Shown here: piece after piece, positions 32,213 to 47,261 of the stretch
Layout of the letters: each line of letters opens with the position of its first letter
How positions within the stretch are numbered: the first letter of the stretch is position 1
Assembly (NCBI RefSeq): GCF_009914755.1
Contig: NC_060927.1
From: the human T2T-CHM13v2.0 reference genome, Homo sapiens
Length of the DNA stretch: 64,000 bases
Strand: one strand, 5' to 3'
The notes under the pieces: generated by a model
Database searches by the model: none
Seen by the model: the letters and a program-made list of their open reading frames with translations, nothing else
What the model was told of the DNA's origin: nothing
Position numbers and translations under genes: made by a program

Positions 32213-33928
32213 AAAGATGGGGGAACCAATTTTCTCTCCCCAGAGATATTGGTGTATGTCCCAAAGAAAGGCCTATAAATCCCCACCCACCCACCAGCCA
32301 CACACACCCAGTCGTTGGGATTCCTTTGAAAGAAACTGTGGAGCTAGAAATAATACAATTCCCACATGTGTGAAGATCTAGAGATTGGGGGCATCTGAGC
32401 TCTATTCCCAGTGGGGATCAGAAAAGCAATCAAGGTCTAGGGTTTTGCCTCAATAAGTCAAAAGAGAGTAGGATGTTAGCCTGAACTGTTTCAGCCAGAG
32501 GAATGCCCCTAAACTTTTTTTTTTTTTTTTTTAGTATTTATGGCATTAGAGACTATTCAAGGGAGCTGACAGCTGTAGGGGGCTGATGAGCCTACAGGTC
32601 GGAAAGGGGAAGGATAGAACTGAATGAACAGATCACTGATCTGATAGCAGAGAAAAAATAGACATCGCCTATTGAGGTCAAAGCCAAGGCGTGTTTGCAC
32701 TGATGTCTACTTCCTCTTGCCACCTGCCTCCCCACTTCACCCAACCCCACCCCAAATTTTAGGGTTATCCTCAGAAAAATAAGGGGAAGCAGATCATTTT
32801 GAAGTGAATAGATATTAGCCAGAAATGACTTGGAGACAGGAGAGATTTGTGGGTAATAGAAATACATGTAGAATTGACTAATTTGTTTCTCTCTTGAAAA
32901 AGAACAGGATCTCAACATTGAGACTAATTTTAATTACTTTTTTAAAAGCAACGTTTTTATACACTGACTTTCATGACCTGATATAGTATAACCAGTACAT
33001 TTGGATGACCATAGTTGATTGCATAAATGTATGAATGAATGAGGAATTTATTTTCTGCATTCTGTAATAGGCATTATAGTGCCTGCCTATGTACTTCACT
33101 GCAATGTTTCCTTTTTTAATGTAACTATTATGTGGGAAACTCTCTGAATTTATCAGAAAGGAACTCTCATATTAAAATAAGGATAATTATTTTTCATTAT
33201 GCTAGACCGTATATTGAGAAAATCTACATTTGTATTTATTTACCAAGGAGATGGTCCTAACACACTTAACTTTTGGTGGCATGGCTTTAGGTTTTGGGAA
33301 TCTGTCCAGAAAGCTACATGATGTACTCACAATCAGGAGAAAAACACACATCCCTCTCCAGGGACTGATACAATTCGTCAGGTCAGATCCTCTCTTGTAT
33401 GGGAGTTTGTGTCATCCTTTGAGACTCCACATACCTTTTCTTTCATAACACATAATGTCTTCCAGACCGACTTCTTTCTTTAAATCATCAGAGAATGCCT
33501 CCAACATTCATTGTCTCTCATAATAACCTCGGCTTTTCAACACAATCCTTCCTTACAATCAGAGTAAAGCAATACAAAAATCTCAAATCCAGCAAAATAG
33601 GCTCTCGTGCATTTTAATAATATTCTAACATTTTTTAGCCTAAAAATAAAATATGAAGAAATAGTGGAAACATGGCAACAGCAGTCGCAAATTTTTTTTC
33701 CCTGAATTCCCCTAATTTTAAAAATGGACCTTGAGAAGAATGTGTATTCTGAAAACAAAAGGGGGGGCGCACAAAATAGATAGCAAAACCAAAGGCCTAT
33801 AGCCAACTATAACAAAATATAGGAGGGAGTGGGGACAAACCACCAATAGCTACGAGACCTGTGTGGCATCAACAGGAGAAAGTAGAGAGAAACAACAGGG
33901 CAACTGACAGAAGAAAACCAAGGTGCTC

Positions 33929-34199
33929 TCAGCTCTCCATATCCACTGGGTTCTGCAACCACAACTATGGATCAAAAATATTTTTTAAAAAATTTGAAAA
34001 TAATATAACAATGATCTACAGAGCATTTACTTTGTATTAGCTATTATAGCAATCTAGAGATGATTTAAAGTTTACTGGAGGATATACATATGTTATATAC
34101 AAATACTATGACATTTTATATCAAGGCAGCTGCAGATTTGGGTATGCTGGGTCTGGAGGGTCCTGAAACCAATCCCCCACATACTGAGGGACAGCTGTA
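33929..34199. mobile_element. MER2-like Tigger DNA transposon
   Basis: AGAGCATTTACTTTGTATTAG...ATCTAGAGATGATTTAAAG...CCAATCCCCCACATACTGAGGGACAGCTGTA. Confidence 0.75.
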
Positions 34200-34349
34200 G
34201 CTGATGGGACTCACTGGAAAGTTCAGAGAGCCAATTTGAGAACAGTAACTGAAACTGAGAGGAGCTTTGCGCTTCTAAGAGTGGATTCGTGCAATGGGTA
34301 AGAGGGGAGTTTTGACAGGACTTGTGGATGGAATGGTTATATAACAGGC

Positions 34350-34828
34350 ACTGTAGCTTAAAGAAAATTAAAGTTAGTTTCTGGGCCAAGTTTGAGGACT
34401 AATAACCCTGGAAACACAGACCTCAGAGCTAACTGAGAGTGTGTTCCTGAGTAGACTATACAAGACACAATATTTATAGGTTCTGCTACTAGAAAATGGG
34501 AGAAGGGGAGTAGTGAAGCAAAGGGGATGTTCTACGGTTTTGATTGGTGCTCATTGACATTATATGTAAGATAAAGCAAATATGTGCTTAACGAACATGT
34601 AGGCCTTGGAGTCTGGAGAGGAATGATTGATTTTATCCTGCCTTTGTGTTTTATCTGATAGACAAGGTTGTAATTACCACAAGTCAGTGAAATATTTGAC
34701 AGACTCCAGCCCTGCAGGTGTGAGTACAGCTTAGTTCATAAACCTAGATTTTATTAGCCATATCTCCAACCTGTAGCTATCTTGGGCCACTTTTAAAATT
34801 TATATTCTGATTTTCATTTTTCCCATAG
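34350..34828 (-). mobile_element. ERV1-class solo LTR remnant
   Basis: TGGGCCAAGTTTGAGGACT motif shared with the element at about 39627-40160; family not resolved. Confidence 0.45.
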
Positions 34829-36038
34829 ACTGAAGCAGTTTGGGGCCCATAAACTCTCGGATCTAACTATCCCAAACTCCTTTCCCAAATGGAAGAGAAA
34901 ATGCTGGGATTTGAATCCAAAGAGTATAGGTTAGAAAAATAGGAAAAAAAAAAAAAAACAGGAAGGAACCAGGAGATCTCAGAAAGTAAGTCACTGCCTT
35001 TGGAAAATGACAGGAGGACAAGAGCAGAGGGAGCTCTAGAGTCTGAATTAAGAAATGTGTCCTAAACCACCTATCCGTCAGCTTCTGATCACATCTGTGA
35101 TTCAACTGCCAGCTTGCAAGAAATACAGATGGCAAAGAAATACCTTAAACTACACTCTGGGCCTGAGCTCAGCAAAATCCAGACTATAGGACAATGACCT
35201 GATATATACAACAAGTACATTACACAGAAAAGGCGGGGCAGGGAATGAAAAGGGAATGTGGAGATTTTTTAAAGTCTTAAAAGATTTTAGGATATAGGCA
35301 AAATCAAATTACAATGTTTAAGAATGAATGCTTGGGCGATAAGCCATAACAAAAAGCAAAGAGTTAATTACAATAAAAATTGGAATAGTGGTTCTTTTTC
35401 CCAGCGGGTAGGCAGACGGGGTGTGATTGGGAGAAGAAACATGGAAGGTTTCTGAAGAAGCTGGCGAATGGTGAGGAACCTCCACCATTTACCAGCTACT
35501 CCAGTGTCCGCACTGTTTGCTAGCTTACTACTTATTAAATACTAAGCTACTTACTAAATTACTAGTTTACTAAATAATAACCACTATCCTTACTACTTAC
35601 TAAACCTTACTACTACTGGAACAGTAGTCCTCACTATTCACACAGGTGGCGGTCAAGAAATAAAACTTCTAATAATGCATTAAACTGTAATTTTTAATGC
35701 ATTTTTCAATATCTATGTCATATTTTACAATACAGAAACTTTTAAAAACAGAAGAAAACTAATAATACCTTGTCATTGTATAAAATGCAGAAAGATATAA
35801 AGCAGAAATAGACTTCTCATAGTCACACCATGCTTTTTTTTTTAAGTTTGCACCATTTCCTTTCAGGCATTTTTCTACCCATGTAAAGACATATTTTTAG
35901 TGAAATTGGATTACGCTATATATGTATCTTTTTTTTTTACTTATATCGTAAGTGCTTTCAATAAATAATCCTAGAACGTGGCACTTTCAATGGCTCCATA
36001 ATATTCCATCCAATAGACATAGTAAAATTTAAACATTC

Positions 36039-36329
<291 letters not shown>

Positions 36330-36854
36330 TTAAACATTAACTTGTTGTTGGGCATTGAGTTTCTTTCCACTTTCTCACTAAAATAAACAGCACCTCATCA
36401 TTGTTCATATATCTTGATTTGAATTTATAAATATTTTTATTAGATTAAATTATTATAATATGAAGTTACTAGATCAAAGGGAATGAACGCTTTTAAGGCT
36501 TATAATACATTTTGCCAAATTGGCTTTCCGAAACAGTGGCCCACTCAACATTCCCACTAGGCCCTTTCTGAGTGTGATCCTCTCACTGTTCACACACAAT
36601 ATTGCTTATTACAAAATTTTTCTTCTTTACAATTTGCTAAGCAACAAAATGGTATGTTGACATTTTCATGTCTTTCCTTATTTAATTTTTGCAGTTATTT
36701 TTTGAGAATTGTCTGATTTTGTCCTTTATTTTTCTTCTGGAGACTAATCTCATTTATTATGCAGTATACACTTTTGAGAACATCAACCCATTGTCTCTTT
36801 ATGTTAAGAGTAGTTCTCCTAGTTTTTTGTTTACTTGCTCTCTCTCATGCACTC

Positions 36855-36902
<48 letters not shown>

Positions 36903-36920
<18 letters not shown>

Positions 36921-37216
36921 TGAGACAGAGTCTTGCTTTGTCACCCAGGCTGGAGTGCAGTGGCACTATCTCGGCTCACTACAACCTCCGCCCCCTCCCC
37001 CTACCCCCAGGGTTCAAACGATTCTCCTGCCTCAGCCTCCTGAGTAGCTGAGATTACAGGCACCCACCACCACACTCAGCTAATTTTTTGTATTTTTAGT
37101 AGAGACGGGGTTTCACCATGTTGGCCAGGCTGGTCTCAAACTCCTAAGCTCAGATGATCCCCCTGTCCCAGCCCCCAAAGTGCTGGGATGACAGGCATGA
37201 GCCACCGCACCCGGCC
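36903..37216 (-). mobile_element. AluS(x) with an adjacent (CT)n(AT)n microsatellite
   Basis: T tail at 36903-36921, reverse dimer ending CCGGCC; (CT)n(AT)n at about 36852-36902. Confidence 0.93.
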
Positions 37217-37243
37217 AATATTTTTTTACTTACAGAAATTTTA

Positions 37244-37545
37244 GGCCAGGCATGGTGGCTTATGCCTGTAGTCCCAGCACTTTGGAGGCCGGGGCAGGAG
37301 AAGGCCTTGAGCCCAGGAGTTTGAAACCAGCCTGGGCAATATAGTGACACTTCATCTCTACAAAAAATGAACAAAATTAGGCAGGCATGATGGGATGCAC
37401 CTGTAGACCTAGACACTCAGGAGGTGACGGAGGGAGGATTGCTTGCACCCAGGAGGTTGAAGCTGCAGTAAACTGAGATTGGGTCACTGCACTCCAGCCT
37501 CGGTGACAAAGCAAGACAAGACAAGACAAGAAAGAGAGAGACAGA
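37244..37545 (+). mobile_element. AluJ with (AAGAC)n tail
   Basis: TTGAGCCCAGGAGTTTGAAACCAGCCTGGGCAATATAG is J-type. Confidence 0.9.
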
Positions 37546-38169
37546 TAAGGAAAGGAAGTTTGACTCATCCTATGGGTCTCGGCTTCTATGACACCTCTTC
37601 TGTGAAGTCTATTCTAACCCTAAAGTTGCAGTCACCAGTCCCTCCTGGGTGCATATATGCCAAGTATCCCATACCTCCCTTCGTAGATCTGAGAAAGAAG
37701 CCAACATAATACCCTGCTCCTGTGCTGAACAATGTTAAAACCAAACATAGTTTCCCATCTTCTGTTAAATGATTCTGAGACCAGCCATACTTTCCCGTAC
37801 CTGTGTTTAACAAAACTAGAACAAGCAGAACAAAACTTCGTTACTTGCTTCTGGAAATTTTTGCTCCTAAAAGATCAGAATGTGAACCTATTAAAAGAGC
37901 TACTTGTGAAGACGAACTGCTTGCTCTTTTAGAGACCCTTGCCTCACTGAAACTGCCCTCTGGAGGGGCCCACATGGCATGTGACCTTAGAAGTAGATCG
38001 TCCAAGTTCCAGTCAAGCCTTTAGATGGCCGCCTCCTGACTTGACTGCAACCTCATGAGAGACCCTGAATCAGAACCATCCAATTAAATCAGTCCCAGAG
38101 ACCTAACCACAGAGACCATGTGAGGTAATGAATGTTGTTATAAACTGCTAAGCTTAGGGTAATTTTGGG

Positions 38170-38504
38170 GTTTTTTGTTTTTTGGTTTTTTTTTGGTGGG
38201 GGGTTGTTTGTTTTTTGAGACGGTGTCTCGCTCTGTCACCTAGACTGGAGTGCGATGGAGCGATCTCGGCTCACTGCAACCTCCATCTCTGCCTCAGCAG
38301 AGGCAATTCCTCTGCCTCAGCCTCCCCAGTAGCTGGGATTACAGGCACCCGCCACCACTTCCAGCTAATTTTTTTGTATTTTTATTAGAGACAGGGTTTC
38401 ACCATGTTGGCCAGACTGGTCTTGAACTCCTGACCTCGGGCAATCCACCCATCTCGGCCTCCCAAAGTGCTGGGATTACAGGCGTGAGCCACTGTGCCCA
38501 GCCA
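38170..38504 (-). mobile_element. AluS inserted in the 3' end of an MLT1 LTR fragment (about 37940-38530)
   Basis: Reverse Alu; TSD-like GCTTAGGGTAATTTT / GCTTGGGGTAATTTT; MLT1 motifs TGACTGCAACCTCATGAGAGACCCTGA. Confidence 0.85.
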
Positions 38505-39626
38505 GCTTGGGGTAATTTTTTAGGCGGAGATTAATATAAGTCCCCCTACCTTTTTGTGACTCTTTAAACTATGTATACAGATTACTTCGTTAAAAATGTG
38601 TATCTCTCATTCCTAGTTTTTTGTTTGTTTTATTTTTACTTTCCTTGCTTAGTATTTGTTGTTTATACTTCTTGATTAACTTTAGAATCACATTGTCAAA
38701 TTCCTCAACTTCCATTGCGATTTCAATTGAATTTTGTCAAATCTATACATACATTTGTGGATAAGTTAAAATTTTACACTATTCTCTTTCCTACCACTGT
38801 ACAATGATTGAAGACTTTCATGCTCTTCACTAACATTTTGTGATTTTCTTCATTGTATGTACAATATTTAATGAAATTCTAAAAAAAAAAGCATTTTCTT
38901 TTATGTAATATTTCTGGCATAGAGAAAAATTACCAAAGTCTTGAATTATATTCAAGTGTTTAAAATACTTTATTGTCTACTTGTACTATTGCTAAAATTC
39001 TACACTCTTCCTTGTGGACAGGTCTATCAATATACAAGAGAGAAAATGAATATTTTTAATACAATAGCAATCACATTTCTTTTCTGTATCCTGTGAGTTA
39101 TATGATTATCCAATTTAGGTCTTATGATCTGAAAGCAGTAGAAATAATTAGCAACTTTCCTAAAAACTGTATTCCTTTTCTGATCCAATATTCTTTTCCC
39201 TCTCTCAACCTACACAACTTCTCTGCTACTTCTAAAATTACTAGAGTTAACTTTTGTTTTAATTCTGTGTCTCTTATTCAAATTGGTTAGCTTTCATTGT
39301 TGCTTTGCCATTGACATCGCTAGTGTGAACTTAATTTTGTATACCCATTATGACAAAGAAAATCAAACCATATTTCCCTTTGACCTTTTACGCTTGCAGT
39401 CACAATACTATTTTGAGGAAATGCTTGTTCATTATGCATACATACATTCTTATCTGCATCATTTTGTGTATGTGTTTATCAGTGCTGTCCAACAACGAGA
39501 AGAATGATACATTTATTTAATGTTGGAATGTAAGGATACTACAGTAAGAGCCTACTATGCCAGGCACTATACCCTAGCTAGGTACTCTAGCCAGGGCTTT
39601 TATACCCTAGCTCATATCATCCTCAT

Positions 39627-40160
39627 GTTGACCTAAAGAAAAAAATGATGCAAATTTAATATAAGTAGAGAGTTTAATTGGGGCAAGTTTGAGGATTGCA
39701 ACCTGGGAGCAGAGATTCATGTTGCCCTGAATATATGTTCCAATTAGCAGCAGTTACAAGTAGGCTTATAAAGCAGAAGAGGCAGTTCCTAAGTTGTTTA
39801 CCAAGAATTTACATTACAAAACATGAGAGCCAGTGAAGTGGCTCACATCTATAATCTCAGCTACTCGGGAGGCTGAAGTGGCAGAATCCCTTGAGGCCAA
39901 GAGTTTGAAAGCAGCCTGGGCAACATAGCAAGACACCATCTCTAAAAAAAAATTTTAAGCTGTTGTTTGACTATACATTGTTCTTTGTAACACAAATTCC
40001 AGAACATTGAGATAGTGAGTGAGGCAGCTAGTCAGGAACAAATGCCTTTAAATAACTGCCCCAGGCACAAGGGGGTTAGCGCATGAATGACTGAAGTCCC
40101 ATATTCATGTTGTTCTTGGCCTAATAAGTTTTGTACACCTTGCATAGCTCAGACTGCTCT
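39627..40160 (-). mobile_element. ERV1-class solo LTR (MER31-like) with a FLAM/Alu monomer inserted at about 39828-39955
   Basis: TGTTGACCTAAAG start, GCAAGTTTGAGGATTGCAACCTGGGAG, ends TTTTCTTTTCTCA; single left-arm Alu inside. Confidence 0.55.
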
Positions 40161-40301
40161 GAGATATTTTTCTTTTCTCAGTCACAATAATTCCAGTGAG
40201 GTAGATATTATTTTACTTATTTTAGAGATGATTCTGAAATGTTAGGTTACCGTTCAAAGTTATTCAGCTTACATCTCCCTGTACCTTTGTTTCTACTAGA
40301 T

Positions 40302-40445
40302 CAGAGCTTCTCAGACTTGAACATGCATGCGAATCACCTGGCAATCTTTTTAAAGTACAGATAATGTCTCAGTAGTCTGACGTTGGGATTGTGATTCTGC
40401 ATTTCTAACAAGCTTCCAGGTGATGTCACACTTTGAGTAGCAAAG
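40302..40445. mobile_element. MER5A-like DNA transposon
   Basis: CTTCTCAGACTTGAACATGCATGCGAATCACCTGG...CTGCATTTCTAACAAGCTTCCAGGTGATG. Confidence 0.7.
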
Positions 40446-41391
40446 CATAGATCACAGTGAATTTAAGGCAATGTGACTCATTGGAAGGATTACAAACTTT
40501 GGAATTTGAGCATCTGAATTCAAATTTGAATGCAGGTACTTAAGGCCTTCTGACTTAGCATGGAACTTCACTTCCCTAATCTAAAATGCAGAAAATAAGA
40601 CCAGCTTCATAGGATTGTTAGGTTGAAAAAACAATGTATTTCCAGTACCTGACATGTAGTAGAAGCTCAATATTGATTTGTCTTTCCTTGGGAGATTAGA
40701 ATGTTGCTATAAATCTTCTAGTTATTCAATATGTATGTTTTTTGTGACAATGACAGAAACACACTCAAATTGATTTGGTCCAAAGGAATGGAAAGACCCT
40801 GGAGATTCTCTAGTAGCCCTACTATAGGGAAGGCAGCTGGGAACCTGGAAGTGAGGACTCAGATGCTGCCTGGAGTCTCTCTTGCTCTTTAGGAGTTGTT
40901 TCTTTCTTAGGTCAAACAGAGTTCACTCTGCTTCACTGCAGCCTTGGTTCTCCCACAAGGAAGGAAACATGGGTGCCCAGAGTTCCCAAGGCTTTCAGCT
41001 CATGACTTCCACCCTCAGGAAAGACCGAATCTCATTCTGTTCCAAACTTAACAACCTTGACCCAGAATTTGCTTGAATAAGAGTAGGTCAGATGTCCATG
41101 CCTGGATCCATCATCTCTGGTCAGAGGGACAAGCTCAGAGAAGCAGGTCTTGCTGTGAAGTACCAGCTACTTCAATTGGTCAGCTGGTGACAACTATACT
41201 GACTGACATTTAAGTGCTGGAAGGAAAAACTGAACTAGGTGTCAGGAACCTAGGTAGATGTACTGATTATGCCACTCATTTCTGAAATGATTTTGGATAA
41301 ATCAATAGCTCTGGGCATCATCTTTATTTGCATAATAAATTATTTGGATTAGATTATATCTCAGTCATAGACAAATATAACATTTTATGAA

Positions 41392-41431
<40 letters not shown>

Positions 41432-42018
41432 CAGATGATAGAAATGTAGGATTTCTTCAAGTTTAAATGTAAGCTGCTTAAAAAAAATCTACAAAATGGC
41501 ACATTGCCCTTTAGTATTTTCCAAACTATTGAAGAATGACAGTTATGCCTGACAAAGTCCTAGAGGTCCATACCAGTGCTGATGTTCTTTAATGTCAAGG
41601 TGACTTACAAGTTGCATTTGAAAAAAGAGTGCACTTGAAGTTGATAGAACTCTTTATGATTTGTTATAACTCTGGCCTTTACTGTCAAATTAGTTTTTCT
41701 TTTCAAGCAAGGCAATCCCACCCTCCCTCTGCTTAACAAAACAAGGGCTTGAAACAACAACCACAGGTAATAGAGGCATGTCTACAGTTGAAGTTTCATC
41801 TAGAAACATATGAATAGAGAAAGGTTCATTGGTGTCCAAAAAAGTGGCCATTACTTTAGGGGAATCCATCACCTCATTCATGTATTCATTCATTTAACAA
41901 ATTCAGTCAAAGCCTGCTTTGTGTCAGGTACTATTCTAGATGCTGGGGATACAGCAGAGAACAAGACAAAGAAATCCCTAAGCTCTTTGTTCTTGCATGC
42001 TAATTAAGAAGATAAACA

Positions 42019-43036
42019 GGAAGTCCTAGCCAGAGCAGACAGGCAAGAGAAAGAAAGAAAAAGCATCCAAATAAAAAAAGAAGTGGTCGAATTAGCTCTC
42101 TTCTTTGATGATACGATTCTATACCTAGAAAACCCCTGAAGACTTCACCAAAAGGCTCCTGGAACTGATAAACAACTTCAGTAAAGTTTCAGGATACAAA
42201 ATTAATGGCATTTATATACAACAGTAATGTTCGAGCTGAGAGTCAAATCAAGAAGAATACAATTTCACTTACAATAGCAACCAAAAAAGGAATAGGAATA
42301 CCTCTAACCAAGGAAGTGAAAGATCTCTACAAGGAGAACTATGAAACACTGCTGAAATAAATCATAGATGACATAAACTAATTGAAAAACATTCCATATT
42401 CATGGATTGAATCAATATTGTTAAAATGGCCATACTGTCCAAAGCAATCTATAGATTCAACACTATTCTTATCAAACTACAAACATCATTTTTTACAGAA
42501 TTAGAAAAAAACTATTCTAAAATTCATATGGAATCAAAAAAGAGCCCAAATAATCAAAGCAATCCTAAGCAAAAAGAAAAAAGCTGGAGGAATCACATTA
42601 CCCAACCTCAAACTATATCATAAGGCCATAGTAACCAAAACAGCATGCTACTGGTACAAAAACAGACACATAGACCAATGGAATAGAGTACCTGGAAATA
42701 ACAGTCAGCTGATCTTTGGCAAACTTGACAAAAATAAGCAATGGGAAAATGACTCCCCATTCAATAAATGGTGCTGGGATACCTGGCTAGCCATATGCAG
42801 AGGAATGAAACTGGAACCCTACCTATCACCATACACAAAAGTTAACTAAAGATGGATTCAGGATTAAATGTAAGACCTCCAACTATAAAAATCCTAGAAG
42901 AAGATGCTGTTGAGGTTGCGGAGAAAAAGGAACACTTTTACACTGTTGGTGGGAGTGTAAATTAGTACAACCATTGTGCAAGACAATGTAGTGATTCCTC
43001 AAAGACCCAGAGGCAGAAATTTGACCCAGCAATCCC
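42019..43036 (+). mobile_element. LINE-1 ORF2 fragment with an internal deletion
   Basis: GGAAGTCCTAGCCAGAGCA...[18 protein letters not shown]; at about 42903 it jumps from ATCCTAGAAGAA to GATGCTGTTGAGGTTGCGGAG, skipping roughly 400 nt. Confidence 0.88.
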
Positions 43037-43105
43037 CCAGTCAAAGACTATGCTGAGTATTAGTAATTCAGGTAGTGAAAATATACTGTTAATAAGGTTC
43101 TCTGA

Positions 43106-43472
<367 letters not shown>

Positions 43473-44399
43473 TCTCTTTTACAATTTCTCAGCATCCTGT
43501 GGAAAGCAAATAACTGGATTTACCAATGCATCCAGGTTGGTCAGGCACTGGAGAAACAATAAAACTTTACTTTAGAAATGGAGAAGGAAGTCTGTATCTC
43601 AAGGAAAATCAAATTTCACCCCAAGCCTGACGTTTGTCATCAAATGGGAAGAATTGCCTTCATAATAAGGCCTTTCAAATGATAAATGGAAAATTTGTAC
43701 AGTAAACTTTAATAAACATTCAATGTAGTCATGAAAGATTAAAGATTTTAGAAAAACACTTAGATATCCTAATTTATATATCTTGGTCAGCTTCTCTTCA
43801 AGTTTATTTAATTGTTTCTATTGTTTAATTTCACTTTTCTTTCGGTTTCCATTTAGTAGGAGAAGATCCACCAGTAATTGAAGATCTTTCTGAAATCAGT
43901 TGAAGATCAGTGAAATAGATGACTGTCATGTGTTCTGGAGAATAACTGGGCAAATGAGCACATCCTATTCTCAACAGCATAAATGTACTGAGGCAAACAG
44001 GCAACTTTGTTTTATTGGGCTAGTGCAATAACTCAAAATATTATTATATTGCAATTTATTTTCAAAGAAATCATCAGAGACTATAAGATAAACAAAAACC
44101 AAAAGAACAAAATGAATATATCACAAGGAAAAGTGTTTGTCTAGAAAGGCAATTTATTAGGAGTCTGGATGTGATTTTTAAAAAAGTCTGTTTCTTGGAT
44201 TTCTTTATATTTGTATTATAATCATACATTGCAAACTCTGTCAACCATTAATCTTCCCAAACATACCAAAGCTCTGAAAGCCTCAGTTTTTAGAATCACC
44301 CCCAAAGATTTACCTTATCAAGGCAATTTCTATATTTAATAAGGTCTTGCTGTGCAAAGGGTATGTAATGTTGTAAAGATAAAGTCATAAATAGAAATG

Positions 44400-45812
<1,413 letters not shown>

Positions 45813-46228
45813 CAAGACCTACAGAGTGTAATCGTAGGATCAGAGAAGGGAGATTGAGCCTCTGATAGAGACGTTAGGTCAGTGGTAACGAAAATCACAC
45901 CAGTGTATACCCTATGGTCGAGTTATTAACCTACCAAGTGTGGATTTAATTAAACTCTCAAGCGACTATCTTTCCCATATTAACAAGTTCTTGGGAGCCA
46001 TCTTGTTAATCCTCCATTCTGGTTACATTCATGAGGATAAGCCTTTGAGACACCCTTGCTGGCTTTTTACCACATAAGACATTCAGAGAAAGAAAAGGTT
46101 TTTCATCATATTGTTTGGAAATAATTAAGTCAAACAATAAGTTTCATACACTATTAATAAACTATGTGGCCTTGAAGAATTTACTTAATTTGGACGAGCC
46201 AGTTTCCTTATCTGCAAGATAATAGCAC

Positions 46229-46571
46229 TGTGGCAAAGGCATTTATTGCTATCAATAGGCTTCCCCCATGCTTTCCAATCTCTTTGCAGTTAGAGGGATC
46301 ACATGACTACTAATGGCCAATGAGCTTTGAGCAGAAGTGACGTGGAACTTCCTGGACAAAGGGTTTAAGACTGCCTATGCTTATCCTCCCCATCAAGGCA
46401 CTGTGGAAGCCACATGAGAAGTAGGAACAGAGAATTGCTGCTTAGGGAGTTGCCCTCCCAGACCCATAGTAGACTTTGTGTGAGTGAGAAATAGAGTTCT
46501 ATGTGTTAAGCTACTAAGATTTCTAGGTTTCTTTTTATCACAGCATAACCCAGCCTATACTAGCTGATACA
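46229..46571 (+). mobile_element. MLT1(I/J)-like LTR
   Basis: TGTGGCAAAG start, GAGCAGAAGTGACGTG, TGAGTGAGAAATAG, CCTATACTAGCTGATACA end. Confidence 0.65.
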
Positions 46572-46673
46572 AAGCCTTGTCTTGAAACCAGAAAACATGC
46601 TGTTCAAGTGGTCACTCACTACTCTCAAACTAGCTATTTTTGCAATTCTCTGGGCATCCTTCAATGAAATTAG

Positions 46674-46992
<319 letters not shown>

Positions 46993-47261
46993 CATGTCTG
47001 ACAATTTTTAACTTTGTTTTAATTTTAAATTTTGAAATAATTTTAGACTTACAAGAGTTGTAAAGTTAGTACAAATAATTCCAATATAACCATCACACAG
47101 GTTTCCCAGATATTAATGTATAGCCTATAGTATAATAATAAAAACCAGGAAATTCACATTGATAGAATATTTTTAAACTATAGACCTTATTCAAATTTTA
47201 CAAATTCTACCAATCATGTCCTTTTTGGGGAACCAGGATCCCATTCAAAATTATATGTTGC

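Noticed and set aside
35515-35630. TAC/TTAC-rich stretch
   Set aside because: Low-complexity degenerate repeat with no consistent unit or structure.
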